Assembly: GCA_002269645.1 (NCBI GenBank)
Contig: NIVC01000187.1
Coordinates: 8,178 to 72,177, forward strand
Source: Macrostomum lignano
Lineage: Eukaryota
Direction of reading: 5' to 3'
DNA: 64,000 bases
Position 1 is the first letter of the stretch. Each line of letters starts with the position of its first letter. A program made the position numbers and the translations under genes. Of this stretch, positions 38,901 through 49,124 are shown piece after piece. The notes beneath the pieces are model-generated. The model was not told the DNA's origin and made no database searches. It saw only the letters and a program-made list of their open reading frames with translations.

Positions 38901-41524
38901 AAAAAAACTATCTTTAGTTTGACACACAAAACATAAAATATGGGTCAAGGTACTGAGGAGCTGGAGCAGACATTTCTGGAACTTTTGGGACACCCAAAGT
39001 GTCCTGGTCTCGTCAGGTCCCTGACACGCAGCCAAACCCTGTGCTGCTCCACGCCCGCAGGTTCAGTACATGCAGTGGACCAGCTGGTACGCAATCGTGC
39101 CAATCATTCTCAGCACGATGGGCATTCTATCAACCTCCTTCATCATCGCCACCTTTGTTCGCTACAACGAGACTCCGCTAGTGAAAGCATCCGGCCGAGA
39201 ACTGAGCTACCTGCTGCTCTCGGGATGTCTCGTCTGCTACCTGATGACTTTCCTGTTGATCACCAAGCCGACCGGCTTCACCTGCGCCCTGCAGCGCATC
39301 GGCATCGGTCTCGGCTTCGCCATGATCTACGCCAGCTTGCTGACGAAGACCAACCGCATCGCCAGAATCTTTGAGGCAGCGAGCAGAAGCGCCAAGCGAC
39401 CGCCGTTCATCTCGCCGAAGTCGCAGCTGCTGATTGCCGGAGCTCTGATCAGCGTCCAGCTGGCGTGCACCCTCATCTGGCTGGTGCTGAGCCACCCCGG
39501 CACCAGGATCCACCATCCGCAGCGTCTCGAATCGATTCTGCGCTGCAAAATCGACGACAAATCGTTTTTGGTGTCGTTGTTCTACAACATGATCCTCATC
39601 ATGGTGTGCACCTACTATGCCATCAAGACCAGGCGGATTCCTGAGAATTTCAACGAGTCCAAGTTTATCGGCTTCACCATGTACACCACCTGCATCATCT
39701 GGCTGGCCTTCGTGCCCCTGTTCTTCGGTACGCACTCGTCCTTTGAGGTGAGCAGTACCGGACCAACTGATCTGCTTTCTGACGTAGCTGGCTCCTACTA
39801 TTAGTAGCAAGTATTGAGGATATTTCGTCGCATTGTGCTTATCTTTAGTAAAAAAATAGCCATTTATTATAGAGTAGACTTGAGAATTCTAGCCGGCTGC
39901 ACCACAGCCAGCCTCCCAGATCCTCAGTTGCTGGGCCAGCCTCCCAGATCCTCAGTTGCTGGGCCAGCCTCCCAGATCCTCAGTTGCTGGGCCAGCCTCC
40001 CAGATCCTCATTAGTTGCTTGGCCAGCCTCCCAGATCCTCAGTTGTTGGGCCAGCTTCCTACATCCTCCAGCCTCCCAGAGTGTCAGTTGCTGCTCTGTG
40101 TTTCAGGTGCAAATTACAACGCTATGCGTCAGCATCTCTCTGTCAGCGTCGGTGGCTTTGGCCTGCTTGTTCACGCCCAAGATCTACATCATATTTTTTC
40201 AGCCTGAGAAAAATGTTCGCAAACTGACCATGAACTCAAATCATTACAAAAAACAGGCGTCGAGCAGTGCTGGAAGTTATGCCAATCACAGTGAGTCATT
40301 AAGTCGTTGGATCATTGGGTCGATGTGTCTTTGGGTCGATGGGTCATTGGGACGATGGGTCATTGGGTCGATGGGTCATTGGGTCGATGTGTCTTTGGGT
40401 CGATGGGTCATTGGGACGATGGGTCATTGGGTCGATGGGTCATTGGGTCGATGTGTCTTTGGGTCGATGGGTCATTGGGACGATGGGTCATTGGGTCGAT
40501 GGGTCATTGGGTCGATGGGTCATTGGGTCGATGGGTCATTGGGTCGATGGGTCATTGGGTCGATGGGTCATTGGGTCGATGGGTCATTGGGTCGATGGGT
40601 CATTGGGTCGATGGGTCATTGGGTCGATGGGTCATTGGGTCGATGGGTCATTGGGTCGATGGGTCATTGGGTCGATTGGTCATGAGGTCGATTGGTGATT
40701 CGGTGAACTGTGTCAAACCAAAATTTTTCATCATAGAAGAAGGCGGCTCAATAGAGGGCGACTCAAACTCCACGACCCTACGCACGGCACTGCCGGGTCA
40801 GCTGTACAGGTCAGCCGAGGACAGCCTCAATGATGACCGCTCAGCAGTCAGGGACCACCGATCTTCAACCCTGGCCAATCCAGGTATTCTAATCAAATCT
40901 CGCAGTTCAGAAATTGACGGAATCGACAAGGACGAAGACGCTATGGAGGACGGTCATCGGCCTCTTCAGAAGCACCTGTTTGTCCAGCATCACCTTGAAA
41001 TGCAGCAGCAACAACAACAGCAGCAGCAGCCTCACATCCAGCAAGCCTCCGAGCAGCTCCAGACACTGGCTAGACCCCATCGGGGCTGGCCGCCAGTGCT
41101 GGACTGTCAGGCGTGGGGTGGAAGGTCCGTTGGCCACGGACACGAAAGCTGGAATTCCGGCCCCTCTGCTGGGGTTGACCCTGGTGGACCTGGTGGCAGG
41201 CTCACCGACATGCCCTCTGCACACTCACGCGGCGACGCGGTGGTGCAAGGCCCCTGTCCTATGGTGAGCGGGGCATTGACGGCTGGCTGTGCCATGTTGC
41301 AGTCAGACCGTTCCCGTAGGCCCATTGACCAGGTGACCCAGCGGGGCCGGCATCAACAACAACAACAACAGCAGCAGCAGCAGCAACAAGAGGAGCCAGA
41401 GAAGCAGCCACTGCCGTGCTTCCGAGAAGGCCCGTCGCCCATCCTGCAGCACACGCACGCAGTGAGTCCCAATTCCACAGACTCGGACAGCGCAACCTAC
41501 CCGTACGAGGACGGATTCGTTTGA
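22467..41524 (+). CDS. mGluR: Metabotropic glutamate receptor, group II (mGluR2/3, DmGluRA)-like, ~1169 aa; exons 22467-23925, 36361-36752, 39061-39747, 40107-40290, 40737-41524
   Basis: Signal peptide, then a Venus flytrap domain (LGGLFPIH, HRGIQRMEAM, QVANLLRLFSIPQISYASTS, GDYGE, ADGWG, QESK), a cysteine-rich domain (CSEEC..CCWTC) and 7TM motifs (KASGRELSY, TKTNRIARIF, PENFNESKFIGFTMYTTCIIWLAF, FTPKIYII). All four GT-AG junctions are phase-compatible (1,0,0,1). Confidence 0.93.
24660..24745. repeat. (GTCT)n microsatellite
   Basis: Read directly. Confidence 0.9.
25165..25462. mobile_element. 298-bp MITE (hAT/P-like: 14-bp TIR, 8-bp TSD) carrying a 28S rRNA fragment
   Basis: Perfect TIR CATACATGCGCAAC / GTTGCGCATGTATG. 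TSD ATATGAGA at 25157-64 and 25463-70. An empty site (GGCATGATATGAGATCTAGCTTACAG) is seen in the neighbouring repeat unit at ~25519. Subterminal TGCGAC and TCGGTCGGCC motifs. Confidence 0.88.
25292..25355 (+). pseudogene. Degenerate 64-nt fragment of eukaryotic 28S rRNA (H69-H71, R2/I-PpoI target region)
   Basis: GGGTAAACGGCAGGAGTAACTATGACTGTCTTATAACGCCAAAATGCCTCGTCAGCTACTTAGT versus the conserved LSU sequence GGGTAAACGGCGGGAGTAACTATGACTCTCTTAAGGTAGCCAAATGCCTCGTCATCTAATTAGT (recalled): 53/64 identical ungapped by my count. Confidence 0.85.
27105..28462. repeat. 19-bp tandem repeat (ATAGCTCATAGAATCAGTC)n
   Basis: About 70 units read directly. Confidence 0.96.
29922..29980. repeat. (GATA)n microsatellite
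   Basis: Read directly. Confidence 0.95.
30773..31462. repeat. 31-bp tandem repeat (GACTGATGCCCGCGTCAGGACGCTTCAATGT)n
   Basis: Read directly. Confidence 0.95.
32140..32765. repeat. ~14-bp purine-rich repeat (GAGGGAGGATAGAT/AG)n
   Basis: Read directly. Confidence 0.9.
33673..33710 (-). ncRNA. Minimal type I hammerhead ribozyme motif, mirror copy
   Basis: Exact reverse complement of 33817-33854. Confidence 0.78.
33817..33854 (+). ncRNA. Minimal type I hammerhead ribozyme motif
   Basis: UGC (stem I), CUGAAGA, extra U, GGCUA/GUUU/UAGCC (stem II), GAAA, palindromic ACGCGU helix III, GUC cleavage triplet (cut after 33851), GCA (stem I). Confidence 0.78.
35156..36340. repeat. 26-bp tandem repeat (AATCTAGCTCAGCCAGTCACTCTGCA)n ending ~20 bp before the mGluR exon 2 acceptor
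   Basis: Read directly. Confidence 0.95.
36985..37470. mobile_element. Partial copy of the 21-bp-minisatellite MITE family, with the array expanded to ~18 units
   Basis: (GCCTGCGGCGCTAAAATGAGT)n followed by GACAACACTGATTCTGAAAATAATGTACA..GAATTCTTGGCTTTGT, shared with 8583-8660. No TIRs seen. Confidence 0.65.
38245..38451 (-). mobile_element. tRNA-derived SINE with a CORE-like domain
   Basis: Minus strand: A-box-like TAGCCTACTGG and B box GGTTCGATTCCC, followed by a body whose plus strand CCCATTTTACAGCTGGGTGAACTGAAGCA..TTGCTCAAGGACACA resembles the MIR CORE sequence (recalled). Confidence 0.75.
39905..40080. repeat. 28-bp tandem repeat in mGluR intron 3
   Basis: (CAGCCTCCCAGATCCTCAGTTGCTGGGC) x~6. 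Confidence 0.88.
40300..40700. repeat. 16-bp tandem repeat (GGGTCGATGGGTCATT)n in mGluR intron 4
   Basis: Read directly. It explains the WVIGSMGH-type ORFs. Confidence 0.93.
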
Positions 41525-42299
41525 GCGCTGATGGATGAGCTCGAATCTTGTCAATTTTTTTTCTCTATTCAGCTCCATGCATCGATCGTTATTTAAATTT
41601 CTGCGAGCGAAAGTTACTACACGTAATTGAGGTTAAGCAGGTTTAGTAGCGAATTTCAGAGCTTATAGACTTTGGTAACATTGATGACGTTGGCCAGCAG
41701 CGTCAATAATTGTATCAAACTATTCCTGGCTGTCGACAGAGTTTGGCACCTTTGCACACTCACACGATGTTTCCTGTTATTTTTGTGTTTTTTTAATTAG
41801 TCAGCACCTTCCACAATGTCTGTTCTTTGTTGCAGTAAAACTTTGCATATCGAATTTTGCTGTCGTACAAGGCTTAATAAGATTTTGTCAATGAAGTATA
41901 TACGCGCACAATGTTGTTTTGATTGTTGGTCCTTTGGATCACCTTGCAGATGCCAGTTTTTCTGCATGTTTTGCTTTCGGAAATTTACTGAAAGATAAGT
42001 AAGATTTTACAATTTCTGATAATGTAGTGACTCTTGGAGCTTTTTAGTGACTCTTAGAGAGTCTACTAGCAATCTAGTGTGGCCCCCTTCGGGGCGCCCA
42101 ATAAGCAAGGAGCAAAAATAGTTCATTGAAAACAATTAAAAAAGCACATTTTCTTAAGAACCAATTCCTTCTTCACTTTTAAAAATCACATTCGTGTAAA
42201 ATTGACACGGACAAAGATGTTTGCTATGAATCACTTTTTCTCTAAAATTAACAAACAGACAACAACAAAATATAGCTCCCCCTAAATAGAAAATATTCC

Positions 42300-42660
42300 C
42301 AAGACAGCAAGCATCACCGCAGATAGCAAGCATCTGCAGATAGCAAGCACCCCCCCCCCCAGATATTATAGAAGCATCCACCCAGATCGCAAGCATCCTG
42401 CAGATAGCAAGCATCCCCCAGATAGAAGCATCCACCCAGATAGCAAACATCCTGCAGATAGCATGCACTCCCCCAGATATTAAAGAAGCATCCTGCAGAT
42501 AGCAAGCATCCTGCAGATAGCAAGCATCCTGCAGATAGCAAGCATCCCTGGACAGAAAGAATCCCATACATGTAGCCCGTACCCCCTCCCAAATAGCAAG
42601 TAGCTCGTACCCCCCCCTCCCCCTCGAGAGCAAGCATCCTCCAGATAGCAAGCATCCACG
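42300..42660. repeat. Degenerate 18-bp repeat (AGATAGCAAGCATCCTGC)n
   Basis: Read directly. Confidence 0.8.
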
Positions 42661-42764
42661 AAACAGCAAGTAGCTAGTGCAAATGTTACCTCCGCTAATG
42701 CAATTATTGCTTTCTCAGGTTGTGCAACGATCCACGTCTCAACGAGCGCAATAATCAGCTTCTC

Positions 42765-43565
42765 AGCTAGTGCAATAATCCTTTCAAATCTAGTGCAATA
42801 ATCCTTGGCTTATCAGGTGCAGTAATCCTTGGCTTATCAAGTGCAATAATCCTTGGCTTATCAAGCGCAATAATCCTTGGCTTAGCAAGCGCAATAATCC
42901 TTGGTTTATCAAGTGCAATAATCCTTGGCTTATCAAGCGCAATAATCCTTGGCTTAGCAAGCGCAATAATCCTTGGTTTATCAAGTGCAATAATCCTTGG
43001 CTTAGCAAGTGCAATAATCCTTGGTTTATCAAGCGCAATAATCCTTGGCTTAGCAAGCGCAATAATCCTTGGCTTAGCAAGCGCAATAATCCTTGGTTTA
43101 TCAAGTGCAATAATCTTTGGCTTAGCAAGTGCAATAATCCTTGGTTTATCAAGCGCAATAATCCTTGGCTTATCAAATGCAATAATCATTGGTTTATCAA
43201 GTGCAATAATCCTTGGCTTATCAAGTGCAATAATCTTTGGCTTAGCAAGTGCAATAATCCTTGGCTTATCAAGTGCAATAATCCTTGGTTTATCAAGTGC
43301 AATAATCCTTGGCTTATCAAGTGCAATAATCCTTGGTTTATCAAGTGCAGTAATCCTTGGCTTATCAAGTGCAATAATCCTTGGTTTATCAAGTGCAATA
43401 ATCCTTGGTTTATCAAGTGCAATAATCTTTGGCTTAGCAAGTGCAATAATCCTTGGCTTATCAAGTGCAATAATCCTTGGTTTATCAAGTGCAATAATCC
43501 TTGGTTTATCAAGTGCAATAATACTTGGTTTATCAAGTGCAATAATCTTTGGCTTATCAAGTGCA
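42765..43565. repeat. 24-bp tandem repeat (TTATCAAGTGCAATAATCCTTGG(C/T))n; resumes at ~44510-44560 after an insertion
   Basis: Read directly. Confidence 0.95.
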
Positions 43566-43569
43566 TTAA

Positions 43570-44452
43570 CCTACAGAAAGTGCATTTCTCGCCTCTTTCG
43601 CAGTCTCATCCTTTTCCCGAGGAACAACAACTTCTATGGTAATTTATCGGTTGTAGGAGGACTGAGAACCATTTCTCAGTCCCCAAACGAGGCCTGAGAA
43701 ATAGTTCTCAGTCCTGCTATAAACAGTTGTATTTAACAAATGTAAACCAACAACAGGAAGTTCAAATAGTAAGATTTAGAAGCGTCTTGTAAGCACTCAC
43801 TCAAAAACGATTTCAACGGTGTTGGTGTTACCATTGATGTTAAGCGTCATTTTCTTTGCAGGATTAGCGGTCACTACGTTACTTTGTTCCATAGCTTCAA
43901 CAGAGCGTTCAGGCTCGGTGTCAATAGACAGACTTGATGACTGACCACCAGATTGAAGAGCATGCGATACTTTAACATGGTCTTGTACGTCAAACTGAAT
44001 ATAGCGCTCAATAGCTGTCGAAGAGTGTCCTGTAACACGAGCGATGTCCTCTCTAGCAAAGCCAGCACGGTGTAGAGTACTTGTAGAATCCATGTAGAAT
44101 TCGATTGTGTCGCTGCTCAAACCACTGGTCAAAAATTCTTACAGCCCATAGTTCCTTCCTTCGCGTATTTGGTGGGATAGCAGCGTCCAGCTTCCCTTGT
44201 ATTTCGTCAGTCGAGACCGTAGCGAATCGATCACTACCAGCAGCAGGATTCGTTGCAGCGGATTCTTTACTTTCAAAATATCGTAGCACTAGATCTAAGT
44301 CGTCTTCCATGGTTCTATTATATATGCAAATGGATGGACTGCTCAGTGCTCCATCTAGGTAGACGATTTATAACACTTTAGCCAGTCAGTCACATAGCTT
44401 GTGCCATAGACTAACTGTACTGGATATTGATGCGTATTTTGCTTTCAGTAGG
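43570..44452 (-). mobile_element. Internally deleted Crypton-like (tyrosine recombinase) element, TTAA-flanked with short TIRs
   Basis: The minus strand encodes an N-terminal RFATVSTDEI..IPPNTRRKELWAVRIFDQW (DUF3504/Crypton-type) fused out of frame to a YR C-terminal STLHRAGFAREDIARVTGHSSTAIERY..VSHAL. Ends are TTAA|CCTACAGAAAG and CTTTCAGTAGG|TTAA. Subterminal palindrome at 43658-43715. Confidence 0.75.
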
Positions 44453-44559
44453 TTAAATATTTTCTCCTCCTTTTTCCAAATGTCTATGGAAAAGGAGGAG
44501 AATGTATACATAATACTTCGTTTATCAAGTGCAGTAATCCTTGGCTTATCAAGTGCAGT

Positions 44560-45200
44560 ATTCTCAGTGACTCTTGGAGATTCTCAGTGACTCTTGGAGC
44601 TTTCTAGTGACTCTTAGAGATTCCCAGTGACTCATGGGGATTCTCAGTGATTTTTAGAGATTCTCCGTGATTTTTAGAGATTCTCAGTGATTTTTAGAGA
44701 TTCTCAGTGATTTTTAGAGATTCTCCGTGATTTTTAGAGATTCTCCGTGATTTTTAGAGATTCTCAGTGATTTTTAGAGATTCTCAGTGATTTTTAGAGA
44801 TTCTCAGTGATTTTTAGAGATTCTCAGTGATTTTTAGAGATTCTCAGTGATTTTTAGAGATTCTCAGTGATTTTTAGAGATTCTCAGTGATTTTTAGAGA
44901 TTCTCCGTGATTTTTAGAGATTCTCAGTGATTTTTAGAGATTCGAAGTGACTCATGGGGATTTTCAGTGACTCATGGGGATTCTCAGTGACTCATGAGGA
45001 TTCTCAGTGACTCATGAGGATTCTCAGTGACTGATGGGGATTCTCAGTGACTCATGGGGATTCTCAGTGACTCATGAGGATTCTCAGTGACTCATGGGGA
45101 TTCTCAGTGACTCATGAGGATTCTCAGTGACTCATGGGGATTCTCAGTGACTCATGGGGATTCTCAGGACCTTCAGACATTTTAAGTGACTCCTAGAAAT
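44560..45200. repeat. 20-bp tandem repeat, two variants (GTGATTTTTAGAGATTCTCA / GTGACTCATGGGGATTCTCA)
   Basis: Read directly. Confidence 0.93.
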
Positions 45201-45799
45201 CGTCAGTGACTTGAGAGAGTGAGCGAGAGTGAGAGATTCTCAGTGGTCGAGTGTTTTTGCGCTTCTATCTGATATTTACCGAGGTAAGAAATCACCGTTG
45301 CTACTCTAAGTAGTTCATTTCACAAATTTGATACTCAACCCCGCACGGGTTTAAAAAAAGAGGCTCGATCAATGCTTACGACAGCTGAGCATGTCGTCTT
45401 AAATTTTCAATAACTATGTATGCTTTATCGATAGCCATGGATCGATAGTCACTCCAGATGTCTTACAGTCGACAGAATCCCATCAAAGTTACTATGAGCT
45501 AACTCTATTGGGGACCAGCCATCCTATCAGAAGAACGATAGGAAAAAGATAAATAAATCTATGATAAATAAAACACTTGTATCCTTCCAACCATTCGCAA
45601 GCTCGAATTCGACAAGATTTGGTTTGCGTCGCTAGCCAGCTCTGCTTTTCTCACATTTTCCTGGCTTAGCAACCTCGCTACCTTCCATCGATTTTATTTG
45701 AGCATGGGAGGCCAGGGTGCTCAGTGATTAGTTTCAATGAGATGGCACACGAGTTGTTAGCACTGCATAGGCAACTAGCTCAAACAGCCAATATGGTCC

Positions 45800-46365
45800 A
45801 TCATCCATCCATCCATCCATCCATCCATCCATCCATCCATCCATGCATCCATCCATGCATCCATCCATCTATCCATCCATCCATCCATCCATCCATCCAT
45901 TCATTCATCCATCCATCCATCCATCAATCCATGCATCCATCCATCTATCCATCCATCCATCCATCCATCCATCTATCCATCCATCCATCCATCCATGCAT
46001 CCATCCATCCATTCATCTATCCATCCATCCATCCATCCATCCATCCATCCATGCATCCATCCACCCATCCATCCATCCATTCATTCATTCATCCATCCAT
46101 CCATCCATCAATCCATGCATCCATCCATCTATCCATCCATCCATCCATCCATGCATCCATCCATCAATCCATCCATCCATCCATCCATCCATCCATCCAT
46201 CCATCCATCCATCCATCCATCCATCCATCCATCCATCCATCCATCCATCCATCCATCCATCCATCCATCCATCCATCCATCCATCCATCCATCCATGCAT
46301 CCATCCATGCATCCATCCATCTATCCATCCATCCATCCATCCATCCATCCATTTATTCATTCATC
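45800..46365. repeat. (CATC)n microsatellite
   Basis: Read directly. Confidence 0.96.
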
Positions 46366-46603
46366 CAGACAATACCAGACTCGCTCCAACACAACAGGCA
46401 TTGACAACGAATAACCGCAGCAACGAAGTCTTAATAACTTGAAAACAACAGAGATGTTAATATGGGAGTCCAGAAATTGAAAAAAGAAGTTTCAGAAAAA
46501 GCCTTACTATATTCCTTCAGGAAGTTGGATGTATTTAACGCAAACTCCAGCTATCTTAAAATTTAATGCAGAAAGCCCCAATTCATCCGTGGACGGTTAC
46601 AGA

Positions 46604-48326
46604 ATGTACATTTCTAGGCTTGGTCAGGTAGGAATGAGCTACCCGATTTGTCCTATCCCAAACTGATAGCGCACCGGTAAGGAGCGAGACTGACGTAGAT
46701 ACCTCTCCGGACAGAATGGTTTGGCCAGTGATTGTGGATTAGTTGGAATAGCCAATCGGTGATTGAAATAAGCAAGGTAAAAAACAGAAGTCGAAATAGG
46801 ACGTCTTAATTAGTCTGCTAGGAAAGCATTTTACAAAATACAAGTGCAAAAATAAGGGGATTTAAAAAGCAACCGTTTGATAAAAATGATTTTTTCGTAA
46901 AAGTCCAAAAGTTTCGATGCGACAAGTGGCGCAAAATTCTGTTTGCTGTTTTCGTTATTCTACTGGTCTACGCCGCAATAACTCAGATAGCGACGCTGTC
47001 GACAAAGACAAGCAGGCATCCGGTTTTTCTTGCCACCTTGTTCAATGCATTCAACAGGAATGGAGGAAATGCTACTCTGATTCAATCCGACTTAACATCG
47101 AAATTACCAAACAGAAAAGTACAATTGAAACCAAAGACTTGGCTGCCGGCTGTCTGCGCCAACGAGAGCTGCCGGCTGGACTACGAGACGAGCCTGCACA
47201 AAAGTGGCATCTTCCCGATACCGAAGATCCGGCACATTCTCTGGCGCAACGAGTTCGTGTCCAAGTACTTTGTCGAGCACATAAAAACTTGGCAGAAACT
47301 TCACCCCGATTGGATCCACGTGCTGTGGCGCGACAAGGATATGGATCCATTCGTGGCTGAAAATTTTCCCAAACTGTTGAAGCAATTCAAGTCTCAGAAG
47401 ATGCACATCATGAAGGTTGACATGTTCCGCTACATGCTGATGTATAAGGTAGGTAAAGCACTATCGAGCATTCACAGAATACTGAAACACTATACTAGTC
47501 ACATTATATTATTACTGCATTAACAACTACCTTTTACGCTCGTACAGCATGCAGTTGACTTCTTTTTAAGCGGAAATCATACATACATATTTTTGGGTTT
47601 TTGAAGCTCGGCGGCACATACGCGGACCTGGACTACAGCCTGACGCGAAACCTGGACGAGTTTCGTCGCTTCTACGCGGTGGTCACTCGCGAGCCGGAGA
47701 CGCACTCGCTGCAGCTGTTCGGACCTCACTGGCCCATTAGACCTGTGGCCAGTCCCGCCTTCCTCATGTCTGCGCCAGGGCACAAGTTCTACAAGTTTGT
47801 GCTCGACCAGCTGTCTCTCATTCAGCCGAACTGGGACATTCTCGGCTTTGCTGGACCAGTTGGACTGACGAGAATCCTAGAGCGGTACAATGCCAAGCAT
47901 CCGCTGACAAACGACTCGATGGAAGCGGTGTACGTGCCGCCATCGTTCAGCTTCTATCCGTACGAGAACAACTCGTTGAGCGGCGTTTCGACGAATTTTC
48001 GAAACTATCGACTGTCCAAGATGAGCATTAGCTGCAGGAAACTGAACGACACCAAAGACTCCAGCATGAAGCTTCTCAGAAAGGTGAAGAACCTAACGCA
48101 GCTGTGCTCAAACATCACCAATTACAACCCTGTTACAGACTCGTCGCCAACTGTGTACGCCGTTCACGACATGCGGAAGAGCGAAACGAGCTGGGGTGGC
48201 ACCGCGATGAAAACTCGTGAGTACGCCCTCGAACTGGTTAATGTGTCTAAAGTTTTGAGTGACATCAAAATCGGTTTCTTTTTTACGAATAATTCTGTTT
48301 CGAACTTAAAAAGACTAACTTGGTAG
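46604..48326 (+). CDS. DXD-motif glycosyltransferase (GT32 / Och1-Sur1-A4GALT-like), type II membrane protein; exons 46604-46627 (tentative), ~46912-47448, 47607-48326
   Basis: Signal anchor KWRKILFAVFVILLVYAAITQ, then IPKIRHILW..IKTWQKLHPDW..LWRD..KVDMFRYMLMYK|LGGTYADLD, the PF04488-type motif, joined by a phase-0 intron 47449-47606. The start is uncertain. Confidence 0.8.
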
Positions 48327-48457
48327 CTATGTTTACATTCCTTTGATTTTTCACTGTGTTGTTGGTCATGTATCGCTAGCCATTATGCAGTACGAGCTGT
48401 GTCAGGTTATACTATAAGCTTAAATATAGCATTTTGCAAGCTTTGTAGTAAAGAATA

Positions 48458-49124
48458 CGAGCAAGCAATTTAATCCAAGATAGCAAAAAGACATGCATTT
48501 TGAGCCTCACTGCTAGTTGTCTATGGTAAAAAGTGTGTCACACCGGCAGGCAATTTAATCCTTGGAGCACTCATTTTAAGCACTGAAATCCATAAACAGC
48601 GCTGTCTATGCCGTTCCACTCTCAGTTTTGTCAGACGAATGTGACCAAGCTAGCACCATTTTTGAAGACATCGACGGAATCGCTGCCAAAGATGCCGGGG
48701 CGCCACCTGTGCAATATGCTAAGATTAGCAACAAAAAGCATAGATTGATAATCGACGCTATCGACAGAGGCTATAACAACAGAAGCATTGCCAATTTAGC
48801 ACGCAGGCAAGAAATCGCACAGGCTGCATCGCTGGGGAGGTGATTATGTAACTTACTGAAGTCTAAACGTAAATGTAAAAACTTTTCTGTCGTGTGTTTC
48901 TTTATATGTAGGTTTCGTTAAATGAACTTTTTCTTGCTGAACCTTGTTCTACGTCGTAACTTTTTCATATGGAGCTTCCTGGTTGGTTTGGTTAGAGGCA
49001 TGCTTAAATGAGTGCTCCAAGGATTAAATTGCCTGCCGGGTCGACACACTTTTTACCATAGACAACTAGCAGTCAGGCTCAAAATGCATGTCTTTTTGCT
49101 ATCCTGGATAAAATTGCTTGCTCG
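48458..49124. mobile_element. Tc1/mariner-like MITE, ~125-bp TIRs, TA TSD
   Basis: 48458-48582 and 49001-49124 are near-perfect reverse complements (CGAGCAAGCAATTT..GGAGCACTCATTT(T)AAGCA), with TA on both sides. The internal short ORF 48628-48843 may be an HTH remnant. Confidence 0.82.

Noticed and set aside
40307-40736. N-terminal extension of the 405-aa ORF as mGluR coding sequence
   Set aside because: It is the 16-bp array inside intron 4, bounded by a phase-matched donor (40291) and acceptor (40736).
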